A stretch of DNA of 64,000 nucleotides from a virus (IMGVR_UViG_3300048670_001593:1-64000), one strand, 5' to 3'; positions 16,272-26,715 are shown, numbered from the stretch's first letter. The notes: generated from the letters alone by a model not told the origin. Numbers and translations: made by a program.

Positions 16272-17717
16272 ATGAACAAAAAGTCATGGCCCATTGCATC
16301 CGACACCAGCTGCTATTTAAAATGGTCCTGGAGCACCATCTATCTGAATCGTGGCACCACTGCCAGCTGTCACAGAACAGTGCACAATCATTTCACAGCT
16401 GAAAATTTTGACGAATTTCATAATCTTCCAAAAAAATTAGATGATCGTCGCAGAATGTTGGCTGGGGGCTGGCCCGAAGAATCAGAAACCACCAAATGGG
16501 GCATCAATGGTTGCACCTATTGCAAGCACATAGAAGATCTGGGAGGGGTCAGTGATCGTCAAGTGCAATTAAGAAATCTAAGTTCGGTTTTTCAAAATCA
16601 CACCAATGTGCTGCCCCCGGAACTATTGGAAGACCCCAATGCTGTGTCAGTTACTCCCACCATTGTGGAAGTCTACTTTAACAATGTCTGTAACATGGCA
16701 TGTTTGTATTGTGGGCCACACTTTAGCACCATGTGGGAAGAAGAAAATCGCAGATTCAATGCTCAGGAAGACGGTATCCTGGCCAATCCCATGTGGCAGA
16801 GAGATAGGGAACGATATGATGCCATGCGAGATAAACTGTTTGCTTGGTTACGCGAACATGGTCACAAAATCTGGAATTTTGGCATGCTGGGGGGAGAACC
16901 ATTCTTCCAGAAAGAATTCGACATGGTGCTGGATCACTGGGAAAACTACCCCAATCCCGATCTGACTCTGACCATTGTGACCAATCTCAAGGTGGAACAT
17001 GGTAGATTTGTCAGGTATATTGACAGATTAAAACACATGGTGGAGACTGGTAAAATCAAATCCCTGAATATCAGTGCCAGTCTGGACTGCTGGGGACCAC
17101 AGGCAGAATATCTACGCTGGGGGTTAAATCTGGATGAATGGTCAAAGAATTTTGCTTATATGGTTCCCCAGGAATGGATTACCCTGAATGTCAACATTAC
17201 CATTACCCCGTTGAGTATAAAAACATTGCCGGATTTCTTGGAAAAGATCAATGCCTGGGATCAGGATCGATTAATAAACATTGTTGCAAAAAATTTAAAG
17301 TTGCCATACGAAAAGCTATCGCAACATCGAGATCGAATTTTGCAAATGATAGACCAAAATAAAATTCCCCAGGCTGATATCGACAAACATATTTGTATAA
17401 GTTTTATGCATGTGTTGGAACCCACTCAAATGAACCCCCTGTGGTTTGGGCAAGGTGTATTTACACAAGACATGCAACAAGTAGTAGACTTGATGCCTGT
17501 ATTGACTGAATATCAGAGAAATTATAAAACTTACATGCAAGGCATCGCCAATAGCATAGAAAAAACGCCTCGGGATCCTAAAAAGATATTGATGTTAGAA
17601 ACATATGTAAATGAGATGGATCGCAGAAGAGGAACCAATTGGAGAGATCTGTTTCCCTGGCTAATCGACCAGTTTGATCAGGCCAGAAATGAACTTGAGT
17701 ATCAAAATGAACAATAA
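16272..17717 (+). CDS. radical SAM protein with N-terminal SPASM/twitch-like domain
   Basis: CNMACLYC; GGEP; SLDCWG. The ATG at 16272 avoids overlap with the upstream gene. Confidence 0.85.
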   Translation: MNKKSWPIASDTSCYLKWSWSTIYLNRGTTASCHRTVHNHFTAENFDEFHNLPKKLDDRRRMLAGGWPEESETTKWGINGCTYCKHIEDLGGVSDRQVQLRNLSSVFQNHTNVLPPELLEDPNAVSVTPTIVEVYFNNVCNMACLYCGPHFSTMWEEENRRFNAQEDGILANPMWQRDRERYDAMRDKLFAWLREHGHKIWNFGMLGGEPFFQKEFDMVLDHWENYPNPDLTLTIVTNLKVEHGRFVRYIDRLKHMVETGKIKSLNISASLDCWGPQAEYLRWGLNLDEWSKNFAYMVPQEWITLNVNITITPLSIKTLPDFLEKINAWDQDRLINIVAKNLKLPYEKLSQHRDRILQMIDQNKIPQADIDKHICISFMHVLEPTQMNPLWFGQGVFTQDMQQVVDLMPVLTEYQRNYKTYMQGIANSIEKTPRDPKKILMLETYVNEMDRRRGTNWRDLFPWLIDQFDQARNELEYQNEQ

Positions 17718-17789
17718 TTTATATTATCTAGATCAACTTGACGCTGTAATCATTAATAGTGTAGACTTTAATTTTCAAGGAGTATATCT

Positions 17790-18047
17790 ATGTCACAGAT
17801 GTTTTCGGCCGAACAGAAGGCCAAACTCACTCAACTAGTCAATGAAGGCATTGCAGTATTAACCGAAATCGAAGACCTTACAGGTGGGTTGAATGACACC
17901 ATCAAGGCCGTGGCCGAAGAACTGGAAGTTAAACCAGCTATCCTTAAAAAAGCCATCAAGATTGCACAAAAATCCAAGTTCACCGAAACCAACCAGGATC
18001 ACGAAACACTGCAAGACATTCTGGAAACTGTGGGCAGAACCGTGTGA
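17790..18047 (+). CDS. small helical protein, possibly a T4 DsbA-like dsDNA-binding protein
   Basis: RBS AAGGAG; 'IEDL...L.D.IK.VAEEL.VKP.IL.KAIK' pattern; TTGACG-18-TAGACT upstream. Confidence 0.45.
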   Translation: MSQMFSAEQKAKLTQLVNEGIAVLTEIEDLTGGLNDTIKAVAEELEVKPAILKKAIKIAQKSKFTETNQDHETLQDILETVGRTV

Positions 18048-18334
18048 TTGACTGGCAAAAAACTTTAGAATTTCTTCAGGCAGATTGGAAAAGCAATCCG
18101 TTAAGATTGGCATTGGAAACCGTTAACTGGGCACTTAATCTTGCAATTGCTCTGATTTTTGCCATAACAATACCTGATGTCCCACTGCTGATTGTCTATC
18201 CCATTTTCTTTGCGGCATTAAGCATCAGCATCTATTCTGCCATCAGTAGAGGAAGTTTTGGTTTATTGATCACCAGTATTACTCTTTATATAATTGACAT
18301 CATTGGGTTTATCAGGCTATTATATAACAGTTGA
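18044..18334 (+). CDS. small membrane protein
   Basis: Three hydrophobic segments; coupled to the upstream gene (GTGA overlap). Confidence 0.65.
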   Translation: MIDWQKTLEFLQADWKSNPLRLALETVNWALNLAIALIFAITIPDVPLLIVYPIFFAALSISIYSAISRGSFGLLITSITLYIIDIIGFIRLLYNS

Positions 18335-18397
18335 GTGTCGCTCACTACACGAGCATGTAGAAAGGTGGGCCAGCCATAAATGGTCAGAGAGGAAATA

Positions 18398-21058
18398 ATG
18401 AGTTATGTCGACGCACTTTTTGACCGCGCCAAAGATCAAATCCACGTGGTTGAAAGAATTGATGGTCTTCGCATCTATCAGGAATACCCTGCCAATTACG
18501 TGCTCTATTACGATGACCCACGTGGCAAACACCGGACCATCTACGATACCCCAGTCAGCAGATTCAGCACCAGGGTAGGTAAAGAGTTTCATAAAGAATT
18601 AAAAATCAACTCAGGCAAACGCATCTGGGAATCAGACATCAATCCTGTGTTCCGTTGTCTGGAAGAAAATTATCTGGGTAAAACTGCTCCCCGACTACAA
18701 ACAGCATTTTTCGATATTGAAGTGGATTTTGATCCTGTCAGGGGCTTTAGTCCACCAGAAGATCCTTTCAATCCAGTAACAGCAATTACCATTTATTTTG
18801 ATTGGCTGGACAAGATTGTGACTCTGGCCACACCACCCAAAAGTCTGAGTTGGGAGACTGCAGAAGAAATTGCCAGAAAATATGACAATTGCTTCCTGTT
18901 TGATCGTGAAGAAGATCTATTGGACACCTTCCTGAATCTGATCGACGATGCAGACATATTGAGTGGCTGGAACTCCGAAGGCTTCGATATTCCCTACATG
19001 GTCATGCGTACCAAACGTGTGCTCAGCAAAGACGATTGTCGACGATTTTGTTTATGGGGACAAATGCCCAAGGAACGCACATTTGAACGATTTGGGGCCA
19101 GTCAATTGACCTTTGATCTGATTGGGCGTGTGCACCTGGACTACATGCAACTCTATCGCAAGTACACCTATGAAGAGCGCCACAGTTATAGTCTGGACGC
19201 CATTGGTGAATATGAGCTGGAAGAGCGTAAAACTCAGTATGAAGGCACTCTGGACCAGTTGTATAATCGAGACTTTGAAAAGTTTATCGAATATAACCGC
19301 CAGGACACCATGCTGTTGGCCAAATTGGATAAAAAGCTAAGATTCCTGGACCTGGCCAATGAACTGGCACACGACAACACTGTGCTACTGCAAACCACCA
19401 TGGGTGCTGTGGCAGTTACTGAACAGGCTATTATCAACGAAGCACATCAACTAGGGCTAGTGGTGCCCAATCGAACTGGTCGAGAAGATCAGGGCGACAC
19501 TCAGGCCGCCGGAGCCTATGTGGCTTATCCCAAACAGGGCATGCATGATTATGTGGGAGCCATAGACATCAACTCACTGTACCCCAGTGCCATTCGTGCG
19601 CTGAACATGGGTCCCGAAACCATTGTGGGTCAGTTACGGCCCACCATGACTGATCATTACATCAATCAGAAAATTGCCAATGGCAGTAGTTTTGCTGATG
19701 CCTGGGAAGGCATATTTGGTAGTCTGGAATACACCGCTGTGATGAACATGGAACCCGGCACTGAGCTCACCATTGACTGGGAAAACGGCACCAGCGATGT
19801 GCTCAGTGCTGCTGACGTCTGGCGATTGGTTTTCGACAGCAATCAGCCCTGGATCCTCAGTGCCAATGGCACCATATTCAGTAACGAACGCAAGGGCATT
19901 GTGCCCGGCCTGCTGGAACGCTGGTACGCAGAACGTAAGGAAATGCAGGCCAAGAAAAAAGAGGCAACCGAACCCGAAGACATCGCATTCTGGGACAAGC
20001 GTCAGTTGGTTAAGAAAATTAATCTAAACTCATTATATGGCGCTATTTTGAATCCCGGATGTCGATTCTTTGACCATCGCATTGGTCAGAGCACCACACT
20101 GACCGGCAGAGTGATTGCCCGACACATGGATGCATACATCAACGAATGCATCATGGGCAGTTATGATCATACTGGCCATGCAATCATATACGGTGACACC
20201 GATTCGTGCTATTTCAGTGTCTGGCCGGCCATTCGAGACGATGTTGCTGCAGGTCGCATGGAATGGAACAAAGATCTTGCAGTGGCACTGTATGATAACA
20301 TCGCCGATCAGGTCAATGACAGTTTTCCTGCATTTTGTGAACGTGCATTCCATACTCCCCGCCGGCAAGGCGAACTGATCCGGGGAGGCCGAGAACTGGT
20401 GGCCATCAAGGGCTTGTTTATCAAGAAGAAACGCTATGCAGTGCTGATCTATGATCTGGAAGGCAAGCGTCTGGATACTCACAGCAAACCCGGCAAACTC
20501 AAAGCCATGGGCCTGGATCTGAAACGTTCAGACACGCCCAAGGTTGTGCAGGACTTCCTGAGTGATGTTCTGCTGGATGTTCTGACTGGCGCCACCAGAG
20601 ACAGTATTATTGAAAAGGTCCGTGAATTTAAACTGGCGTTCACTGAGAGACCAGCCTGGGAAAAAGGCACGCCCAAACGTGTAAATAATCTGACCAAATA
20701 TACCCGAGAAGAAGAACGACTGGGCAAAGCCAATATGCCGGGCCACGTTCGTGCAGCCATGAATTGGAATAATTTGCGCAGAATGCATGGTGATAACTAC
20801 AGTATGAGCATTGTGGATGGCATGAAGACCATTGTGTGTAAACTAAAAGACAATCCCCTGGGGTATACCAGCGTGGGTTACCCCACAGATGAAACACATA
20901 TACCACAGTGGTTTAAGGATTTGCCATTTGATGACGGTGAGATGGAAACCACCATCGTGGACCAAAAGGTGGAAAACCTGTTGGGTGTGTTGGATTGGAA
21001 GATTTCGGAAAACACACAAATCAAAACCACTTTTGATGATTTTTTTAGCTTTGAATAA
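18398..21058 (+). CDS. polB: family B DNA polymerase (T4 gp43-like), single uninterrupted gene
   Basis: ExoI FFDIE, ExoII GWNSEGFD, ExoIII YNRQD, DINSLYP, KINLNSLYG, YGDTDS; RBS GAGG before the ATG at 18398. Confidence 0.97.
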   Translation: MSYVDALFDRAKDQIHVVERIDGLRIYQEYPANYVLYYDDPRGKHRTIYDTPVSRFSTRVGKEFHKELKINSGKRIWESDINPVFRCLEENYLGKTAPRLQTAFFDIEVDFDPVRGFSPPEDPFNPVTAITIYFDWLDKIVTLATPPKSLSWETAEEIARKYDNCFLFDREEDLLDTFLNLIDDADILSGWNSEGFDIPYMVMRTKRVLSKDDCRRFCLWGQMPKERTFERFGASQLTFDLIGRVHLDYMQLYRKYTYEERHSYSLDAIGEYELEERKTQYEGTLDQLYNRDFEKFIEYNRQDTMLLAKLDKKLRFLDLANELAHDNTVLLQTTMGAVAVTEQAIINEAHQLGLVVPNRTGREDQGDTQAAGAYVAYPKQGMHDYVGAIDINSLYPSAIRALNMGPETIVGQLRPTMTDHYINQKIANGSSFADAWEGIFGSLEYTAVMNMEPGTELTIDWENGTSDVLSAADVWRLVFDSNQPWILSANGTIFSNERKGIVPGLLERWYAERKEMQAKKKEATEPEDIAFWDKRQLVKKINLNSLYGAILNPGCRFFDHRIGQSTTLTGRVIARHMDAYINECIMGSYDHTGHAIIYGDTDSCYFSVWPAIRDDVAAGRMEWNKDLAVALYDNIADQVNDSFPAFCERAFHTPRRQGELIRGGRELVAIKGLFIKKKRYAVLIYDLEGKRLDTHSKPGKLKAMGLDLKRSDTPKVVQDFLSDVLLDVLTGATRDSIIEKVREFKLAFTERPAWEKGTPKRVNNLTKYTREEERLGKANMPGHVRAAMNWNNLRRMHGDNYSMSIVDGMKTIVCKLKDNPLGYTSVGYPTDETHIPQWFKDLPFDDGEMETTIVDQKVENLLGVLDWKISENTQIKTTFDDFFSFE

Positions 21059-21060
21059 CC

Positions 21061-23139
21061 ATGAAGAAAAAAATAGAACTAGTCAACGTAACTGATCTGG
21101 AATCCATGTCCAGGACCCCATTGACCACATCTGATGTGGTTTTTGATCACATGGATCGTTTTACTCGACATCGGATGACGTTTGACAAAGATCTGGGGCT
21201 CCGAGGCAAATACTGTTATCACCCTTTTAATACAGTGACCATTGACAGCCGGGGCGACTGTTATGTATGCGTCTGCCAGGCCTGGTTGCCCATTAGTGTG
21301 GGGAACATTCTGGAATTCGACAGTCTGACAGCAATCGTGCAGAGTGCCCGAGCCAGAGAAATACAAGCCAGCATTATTGACGGCACCTACAAATACTGTG
21401 ACCACAAAACCTGCCATCTGATTACCAGCAATAATCTGGAAGGACGTATTGATCACAGACCTGACACCATAAATTGGATTGTATTTGCCATTGACGATAG
21501 TTGTAACCTGACTTGTCCCAGTTGCAGAACAGACATGATTTTCTATAATCGAGGCGAAGATTTTGATCGACGCATGCGAATCAGCGATCACCTGGTAAAA
21601 CTGATTCAGGAGCACGACCATTTCTTAAAATTTACTCTGAGCGGTGATGGAGATCCGTTTGCCAGTCACGTATACCGCAACATGTTGGAAAAACTGGATC
21701 TCAGCAAGCGTGGGACCACTGAAATTGAAATCGTAACCAATGGCATCCTGGCCAAGGACCATTGGCACCGGATGACTGGCATTCATAAAAATGTCATGAG
21801 ATTCAAGATTAGTTTTGATGCTGGTAGCCCAGAGGTTTACTCACTAACACGCAGGGGCGGTAACTGGAACAAGTTAATTGAAAGTTCAGAACACATCATC
21901 AAGTGGAAGCAAAAAAATTATGCAGACATGGAACTTGTGGCAAATTTTGTAGTACAAACCACAAATTTTCGTGACATGCACCGATTTGTAAAGCTGACCC
22001 AGGATCTGGGATTTGATGAAATCTCCTTCCAGAAAGTCACTGATTGGGGCAAATGGTACGATAACGGCATCAACCGATTTGTAGAACATGCTGTATGGAT
22101 GCCTGATCATGAAAATTATCAGGAATTGGTGGAAATCATCAATGATCCCATCATGACCGATAGGAAAATTAATTTAACCAATCTTTCACATCTGAGAAAA
22201 ACGGTATTGTCTTTGTCGGAATTGGTGGATTTAAAAAACTCAGTCAATACCAAACTCAATACCAATAATTTGACATCAGAAACAGACAGTTATAAAACTC
22301 AGTTTGAAGCCATTAAAAATATTTCATCTGTTTACGAAAAAAACTTGAAGGCAATGTCTGACATTGCCGACGAAATCAATGTTAACTTAAAATTTTTAGA
22401 TAACGAAATAGAAAATCTCAACACTAAAATTGATCAGGAAATTGATTCCATAACCGCCAACTATCATCAGAGAGGGTATAAAGTAAATGGGCATTTTGCT
22501 ACCAATCGAACCAATCCAGAAACCGAAAGAGGATCAAGAAAATTACCAATGCTGGAGGAAACTCGCCAGGAAATCATTGCCCTAATTCAAAAGTATTCAG
22601 ACTGGAAATATCCGGGTCTGGAAATTGGCCCCGGCGACGGTATCTGGACCGAATACCTGGTGGCAAATGAACCATTGTATCTGGTAGACATACATAATGA
22701 GTTTTTACAGTCCACTACATCAAAATTCAATCCGGTCTATCAGAATCGATTGAGACTATATACAACCAGCGAAACTGATCTAAGTATGCTTCCACAAAAT
22801 CAATTTGGTTTTGTGTTTTCATGGAATGTGTTCAATTATCTGACCACGGATCTAATAGATCAGTATCTGAAAGAAATTTTCAGTGTTTTGAGGCCCGGCG
22901 GAGTTTGCATGTTTAGCTATAATAATGCTGAACGCGTGCACTGTGCAAAGTATGTAGAACAGGGGTACATGAGTTATATGCCCAAAAAACTGTTAACCAA
23001 ATTAATACATCAACACGGGTTCGAAATAATTGGTCTGGAAGATAGGAATGAATACATCGCCTGGGTCGAAATACGTAAACCTGGCGTTCTGAACACCATC
23101 AAAGCCCACCCTGTTCTGGGTGAAGTTATCCAAAAATAA
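21061..23139 (+). CDS. radical SAM / coiled-coil / class I SAM-dependent methyltransferase fusion
   Basis: CNLTCPSC; heptad-rich linker; 'GLEIGPGDG' and 'LRPGG' methyltransferase motifs. Confidence 0.8.
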   Translation: MKKKIELVNVTDLESMSRTPLTTSDVVFDHMDRFTRHRMTFDKDLGLRGKYCYHPFNTVTIDSRGDCYVCVCQAWLPISVGNILEFDSLTAIVQSARAREIQASIIDGTYKYCDHKTCHLITSNNLEGRIDHRPDTINWIVFAIDDSCNLTCPSCRTDMIFYNRGEDFDRRMRISDHLVKLIQEHDHFLKFTLSGDGDPFASHVYRNMLEKLDLSKRGTTEIEIVTNGILAKDHWHRMTGIHKNVMRFKISFDAGSPEVYSLTRRGGNWNKLIESSEHIIKWKQKNYADMELVANFVVQTTNFRDMHRFVKLTQDLGFDEISFQKVTDWGKWYDNGINRFVEHAVWMPDHENYQELVEIINDPIMTDRKINLTNLSHLRKTVLSLSELVDLKNSVNTKLNTNNLTSETDSYKTQFEAIKNISSVYEKNLKAMSDIADEINVNLKFLDNEIENLNTKIDQEIDSITANYHQRGYKVNGHFATNRTNPETERGSRKLPMLEETRQEIIALIQKYSDWKYPGLEIGPGDGIWTEYLVANEPLYLVDIHNEFLQSTTSKFNPVYQNRLRLYTTSETDLSMLPQNQFGFVFSWNVFNYLTTDLIDQYLKEIFSVLRPGGVCMFSYNNAERVHCAKYVEQGYMSYMPKKLLTKLIHQHGFEIIGLEDRNEYIAWVEIRKPGVLNTIKAHPVLGEVIQK

Positions 23140-23198
23140 TTTCAATCAGTTGATTTTTCTAAATAAACCGTATATGCTATTACAAATAGGAGAATATT

Positions 23199-23933
23199 AT
23201 GCGTGATTATCTGTTGGACATTGTCAAGAACACTTATGGCCTGGGCATCATTAATCTGATCAAAGTTACTGGCTCTGAATCAGAGACCAAAATCGAAGCC
23301 ATTGCCGAAGACAGGTCAGTTATCCTGCAGGGCAAGATCAATAATCCTGTGCCGGAATTCATTGGCACGTTTGGTATGCCTAATCTGGGCAAGCTCAACA
23401 CCATCCTTAACATTCCAGAATACAAAGAAGATGCCAAAATTACACTGAGCACACAGGTGCGAAATGATGAAATCGTGCCGGTGGGGCTGGACTTTGAAAA
23501 CTCCAGCAAGGATTTTAATAATAACTATCGCTTTATGAATCAGGAATTGATCACTGAAAAGGTCAAGAGTGTCATTAGCCGCAAAACCATCAACTGGGCA
23601 GTGGAATTTCAACCCACTGCTGCCAACATCCAGCGTCTGAAGTTCCAGGCCAGTGCCAACTCAGAAGAGTCCACTTTCACTGCCAAGACTGAGGGCACAG
23701 ATCTCAAGTTTTATTTTGGAGATCACAGTAGTCATGCCGGTAATTTTGTGTTTCAGAACAACATTAGCGGAAAACTTACCAAGACCTGGAGTTGGCCTGT
23801 GGCAGCAGTAATTTCAATTCTGAACCTGGCTGGAGACAAGACCTTCCAATTTAGTGATGACGGGGTGGCGCAAATCACTGTGGACACCGGACTGGCAACC
23901 TACAATTACCTGCTGCCAGCACAAAGCAAGTAA
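23199..23933 (+). CDS. probable sliding clamp (gp45-like)
   Basis: 244 aa, beta-rich, two genes downstream of polB. Call rests on size, context and recollection, not a diagnostic motif. Confidence 0.5.
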   Translation: MRDYLLDIVKNTYGLGIINLIKVTGSESETKIEAIAEDRSVILQGKINNPVPEFIGTFGMPNLGKLNTILNIPEYKEDAKITLSTQVRNDEIVPVGLDFENSSKDFNNNYRFMNQELITEKVKSVISRKTINWAVEFQPTAANIQRLKFQASANSEESTFTAKTEGTDLKFYFGDHSSHAGNFVFQNNISGKLTKTWSWPVAAVISILNLAGDKTFQFSDDGVAQITVDTGLATYNYLLPAQSK

Positions 23934-23937
23934 AATG

Positions 23938-23961
23938 ACCATACGACCTTGGTCGTATGGT
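23938..23961. other. perfect 11-bp inverted repeat (hairpin; possible terminator)
   Basis: accatacgacc-tt-ggtcgtatggt, followed by TAAATA (23970) and the RBS of the TGT-like gene. Confidence 0.7.
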
Positions 23962-23988
23962 AGACATTCTAAATAAAGAGGAAATAAG

Positions 23989-25620
23989 TTGACCTTTGAT
24001 CGCGATAACTTAACCGCAAAACAAAAGGATTATGCTATATTTTTGCCTGCTCTGAGCGGCTTCTATGCTACATATGTGGGCAAGCAGCGTCACGATTCCA
24101 ATTTTGTACCGCAGAGCCGTATACCAGCGGATTTTGAAAATGGCATCGAAGGACTCAACTGGCTCAATCCTGACCAGGCGTATTTTCCCTATAAATGGGC
24201 ACTGTATAGTGCAGGACACGCTGATCTGGACATCAATAGAGACAGCCCCAAAGAGGACATGATACGCAATCGAGATCGTTCCACAAGTTTTGTGGTGGGA
24301 GATTCCGGTGGATTTCAGATTGGCAAGGGGGTCTGGGAAGCCGACTGGAAGGACATCAACTGCCCGCGAGCACAACGCAAGCGAGAGCAGGTGTTGTCCT
24401 GGATGGACGCCTACATGGATCGAGGCATGGTACTGGACATTCCAGCCTGGACCTGTGATTATCCTCCAGGACGTCAGGCATCGGGAGTCAACAGTTATGC
24501 CGATGCAGTGACCAGTACCTACATCAATAACGACTACTTCATGCGCAATCGCAATGGTAACTGCAAGTTCCTGAACGTACTGCAGGGGCAAACTCATGCA
24601 CAGTCTGACGACTGGTATGACCGCATGAAGAAGTACTGCGACCCCCGGCAATACGAAACTCCGTTTGAAGGCTGGGCCATGGGCGGTCAGAACAAATGTG
24701 ACGTGCATCTGACTCTGCGCAGACTGGTGGCACTGAAATTTGACGGTCTTTTGGAGCGTGGACAACACGACTGGTTGCACGTGTTGGGTACCAGCAAGTT
24801 GGAATGGGCTTGCCTGATGACAGACATCCAACGTGCAATTCGACAGCACCACAATGAAAACTTTACCATCAGTTTTGACTGTGCCAGTCCATTCCTGGCC
24901 ACAGCCAACGGTCAGGTATACATGAGAACTGAGGTGGAAGATCGCCGCAAGTGGGTATATCGCATGATGGCCAGCGCGGACGATAAAAAATATGCAGTGG
25001 ATCAGCGCCGTTATGGAGACGCAGTGGTGGCTGATAAAATTTTTGAGACCTTTACTGAAAGCCCAGTGAGTGAACGTCTAAAAATCAGTGATGTCTGCAT
25101 CTACAAGGATGGCATCAGAAAAACTGATCAGGAGTTGCAGGGAGAAAAGTTCAACTTCCAGAATCCCGATCACTATCACGTGGTCCCAGATCTCAATAAG
25201 ATTGGAAAAATCGGCCGAACCAGTTGGGACAGCTTTAGTTATGCTCTGCAAATGGGTCACAATGTCTGGAGTCATATCAATGCTGTTCAGGAAGCCAATC
25301 GTCGTTACGATTCGGGCATCGTTCCCCGAATGCTGGTCAGAGAAAAGTTCGATCGCATCACATTCCGTCAGGTAGTGGATGAGATTTTTTCCACCAGCGA
25401 TCGAGTTCGTGCTGAAGCACTGGTTGACGAGCACAGTAAATTCTGGATGGACATTCCTGGTTCCAATGGCACCACCGGCAAGAAAACCATAAATTCCATA
25501 ACCGCTTACCAGAGTTTGTTTGAGGAAGTGGGTGCACCTGCTGAAACCTGCGTGGACTTTCATCGTGATGACAGCGGCATCGATGAAGGTAAACTTGACG
25601 ATCTGGAAATGTCCATTTGA
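23989..25620 (+). CDS. tRNA-guanine transglycosylase-fold protein; probable DNA deazaguanine transglycosylase (DpdA-like)
   Basis: DSGGFQ, LDIP, VLQG, AMGG, HVLG, SFDCASP and C-terminal HN: the full TGT catalytic set. Confidence 0.75.
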   Translation: MTFDRDNLTAKQKDYAIFLPALSGFYATYVGKQRHDSNFVPQSRIPADFENGIEGLNWLNPDQAYFPYKWALYSAGHADLDINRDSPKEDMIRNRDRSTSFVVGDSGGFQIGKGVWEADWKDINCPRAQRKREQVLSWMDAYMDRGMVLDIPAWTCDYPPGRQASGVNSYADAVTSTYINNDYFMRNRNGNCKFLNVLQGQTHAQSDDWYDRMKKYCDPRQYETPFEGWAMGGQNKCDVHLTLRRLVALKFDGLLERGQHDWLHVLGTSKLEWACLMTDIQRAIRQHHNENFTISFDCASPFLATANGQVYMRTEVEDRRKWVYRMMASADDKKYAVDQRRYGDAVVADKIFETFTESPVSERLKISDVCIYKDGIRKTDQELQGEKFNFQNPDHYHVVPDLNKIGKIGRTSWDSFSYALQMGHNVWSHINAVQEANRRYDSGIVPRMLVREKFDRITFRQVVDEIFSTSDRVRAEALVDEHSKFWMDIPGSNGTTGKKTINSITAYQSLFEEVGAPAETCVDFHRDDSGIDEGKLDDLEMSI

Positions 25621-25665
25621 CATCTGGGAAAATTTCAATTATTATAAAACTCAACAGGAGGAAAT

Positions 25666-26256
25666 ATGAAAACTGCGCCGCTGATAAAAATTACTAAAAT
25701 CAAAGCAAATCTTGTAGGAAAACAAGTTCCCACAACTCACAATGGTGCTGCCGGTAGATATATTGAAGATTTGATGATGGAACAGGGATTTAAGATAAAT
25801 CAAGGTGCTGGGCCAGATCTAGACTTTGGACCAGGAAACCAGATTGAAATGAAAAGTCGAGATGAAGACGCAACTAGCCCACACACTGTGTGTAATGTTT
25901 CATTTCAGGAAATTCTGAATTCTTCATATGAAAATTCGCCTGTCTATAAAAAAATCCAGAAGCAATTTAGAGTTAAGATTAAAGATGAAGTGATTGTCAG
26001 CCAACAGACCTATGATCTTAGTTCAGATTGGATACAAGATTTAATCAAGGATGCCTGGACAGCCTGTCAGAAAAATGCAATTGCAGGACTAACAACTAAA
26101 TGCACAATTCCAGGAACCCAATTTGGTTATATTGAAATTATACACAATGAGCAGACCAATAGTACAATTTACAGATTCAGACTATCTAACGGCGCAATGA
26201 AAAAAATTGAAAGTATTAGTAATTCCACTGTTAATGATCTTTTTGATTTGGTGTAA
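25666..26256 (+). CDS. putative PD-(D/E)xK restriction-like endonuclease
   Basis: 'GRYIED ... GPDL ... IEMKSRD'; AT-rich; own RBS AGGAGG. Confidence 0.55.
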   Translation: MKTAPLIKITKIKANLVGKQVPTTHNGAAGRYIEDLMMEQGFKINQGAGPDLDFGPGNQIEMKSRDEDATSPHTVCNVSFQEILNSSYENSPVYKKIQKQFRVKIKDEVIVSQQTYDLSSDWIQDLIKDAWTACQKNAIAGLTTKCTIPGTQFGYIEIIHNEQTNSTIYRFRLSNGAMKKIESISNSTVNDLFDLV

Positions 26257-26258
26257 CA

Positions 26259-26702
26259 ATGACTCTAAACGAACGCGAAACTATTGAACGTCGAAAAGAT
26301 GCTGCAGAACGTAAAATTTTTGTGCAGTTTCAAAAAGAAGGCATACATTGTTATCCTGCAGCAGCTACCGACCCTCAACTAAACACCGGAGACACCTATG
26401 ATGTATCGTTCCTTGCTAGTCCTCATCGCCACATTTTCCATTTCAGGGTGTCAATCAGTGTGTGGCACAACGACAGGGACATCGAGTTCATCCAATTCAA
26501 ACGCTGGCTCGAATCGCTGTATAGTGGCCAGATTCTAGAGCTCAATTATCGTAGTTGTGAAATGATGGCAGACGATTTGTATCTACAAATTGCCTTAAAG
26601 TATCCCGATCGCGATGTTCACATCGAAGTCAGTGAAGATGGCGAGAATGGGTGTTCAATTGAGTACAATCGTACTCGTCCTTATCAATCTGTTGTAGTTT
26701 AA
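26259..26702 (+). CDS. QueD-paralogous T-fold protein, DpdL-like
   Basis: LASPHRHIF = LxxxHRHxF; 'IEF..FK', 'SCE' and 'VSEDGENG' T-fold pattern. Confidence 0.65.
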   Translation: MTLNERETIERRKDAAERKIFVQFQKEGIHCYPAAATDPQLNTGDTYDVSFLASPHRHIFHFRVSISVWHNDRDIEFIQFKRWLESLYSGQILELNYRSCEMMADDLYLQIALKYPDRDVHIEVSEDGENGCSIEYNRTRPYQSVVV

Positions 26703-26715
26703 AGGAGTTGTAACT

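Noticed and set aside
15152-17717. Radical SAM genes as pqqE supporting XoxF
   Set aside because: The auxiliary Cys domain is N-terminal rather than C-terminal as in PqqE, and no pqqA (ExxxY) peptide or pqqB/C/D was found in the window.
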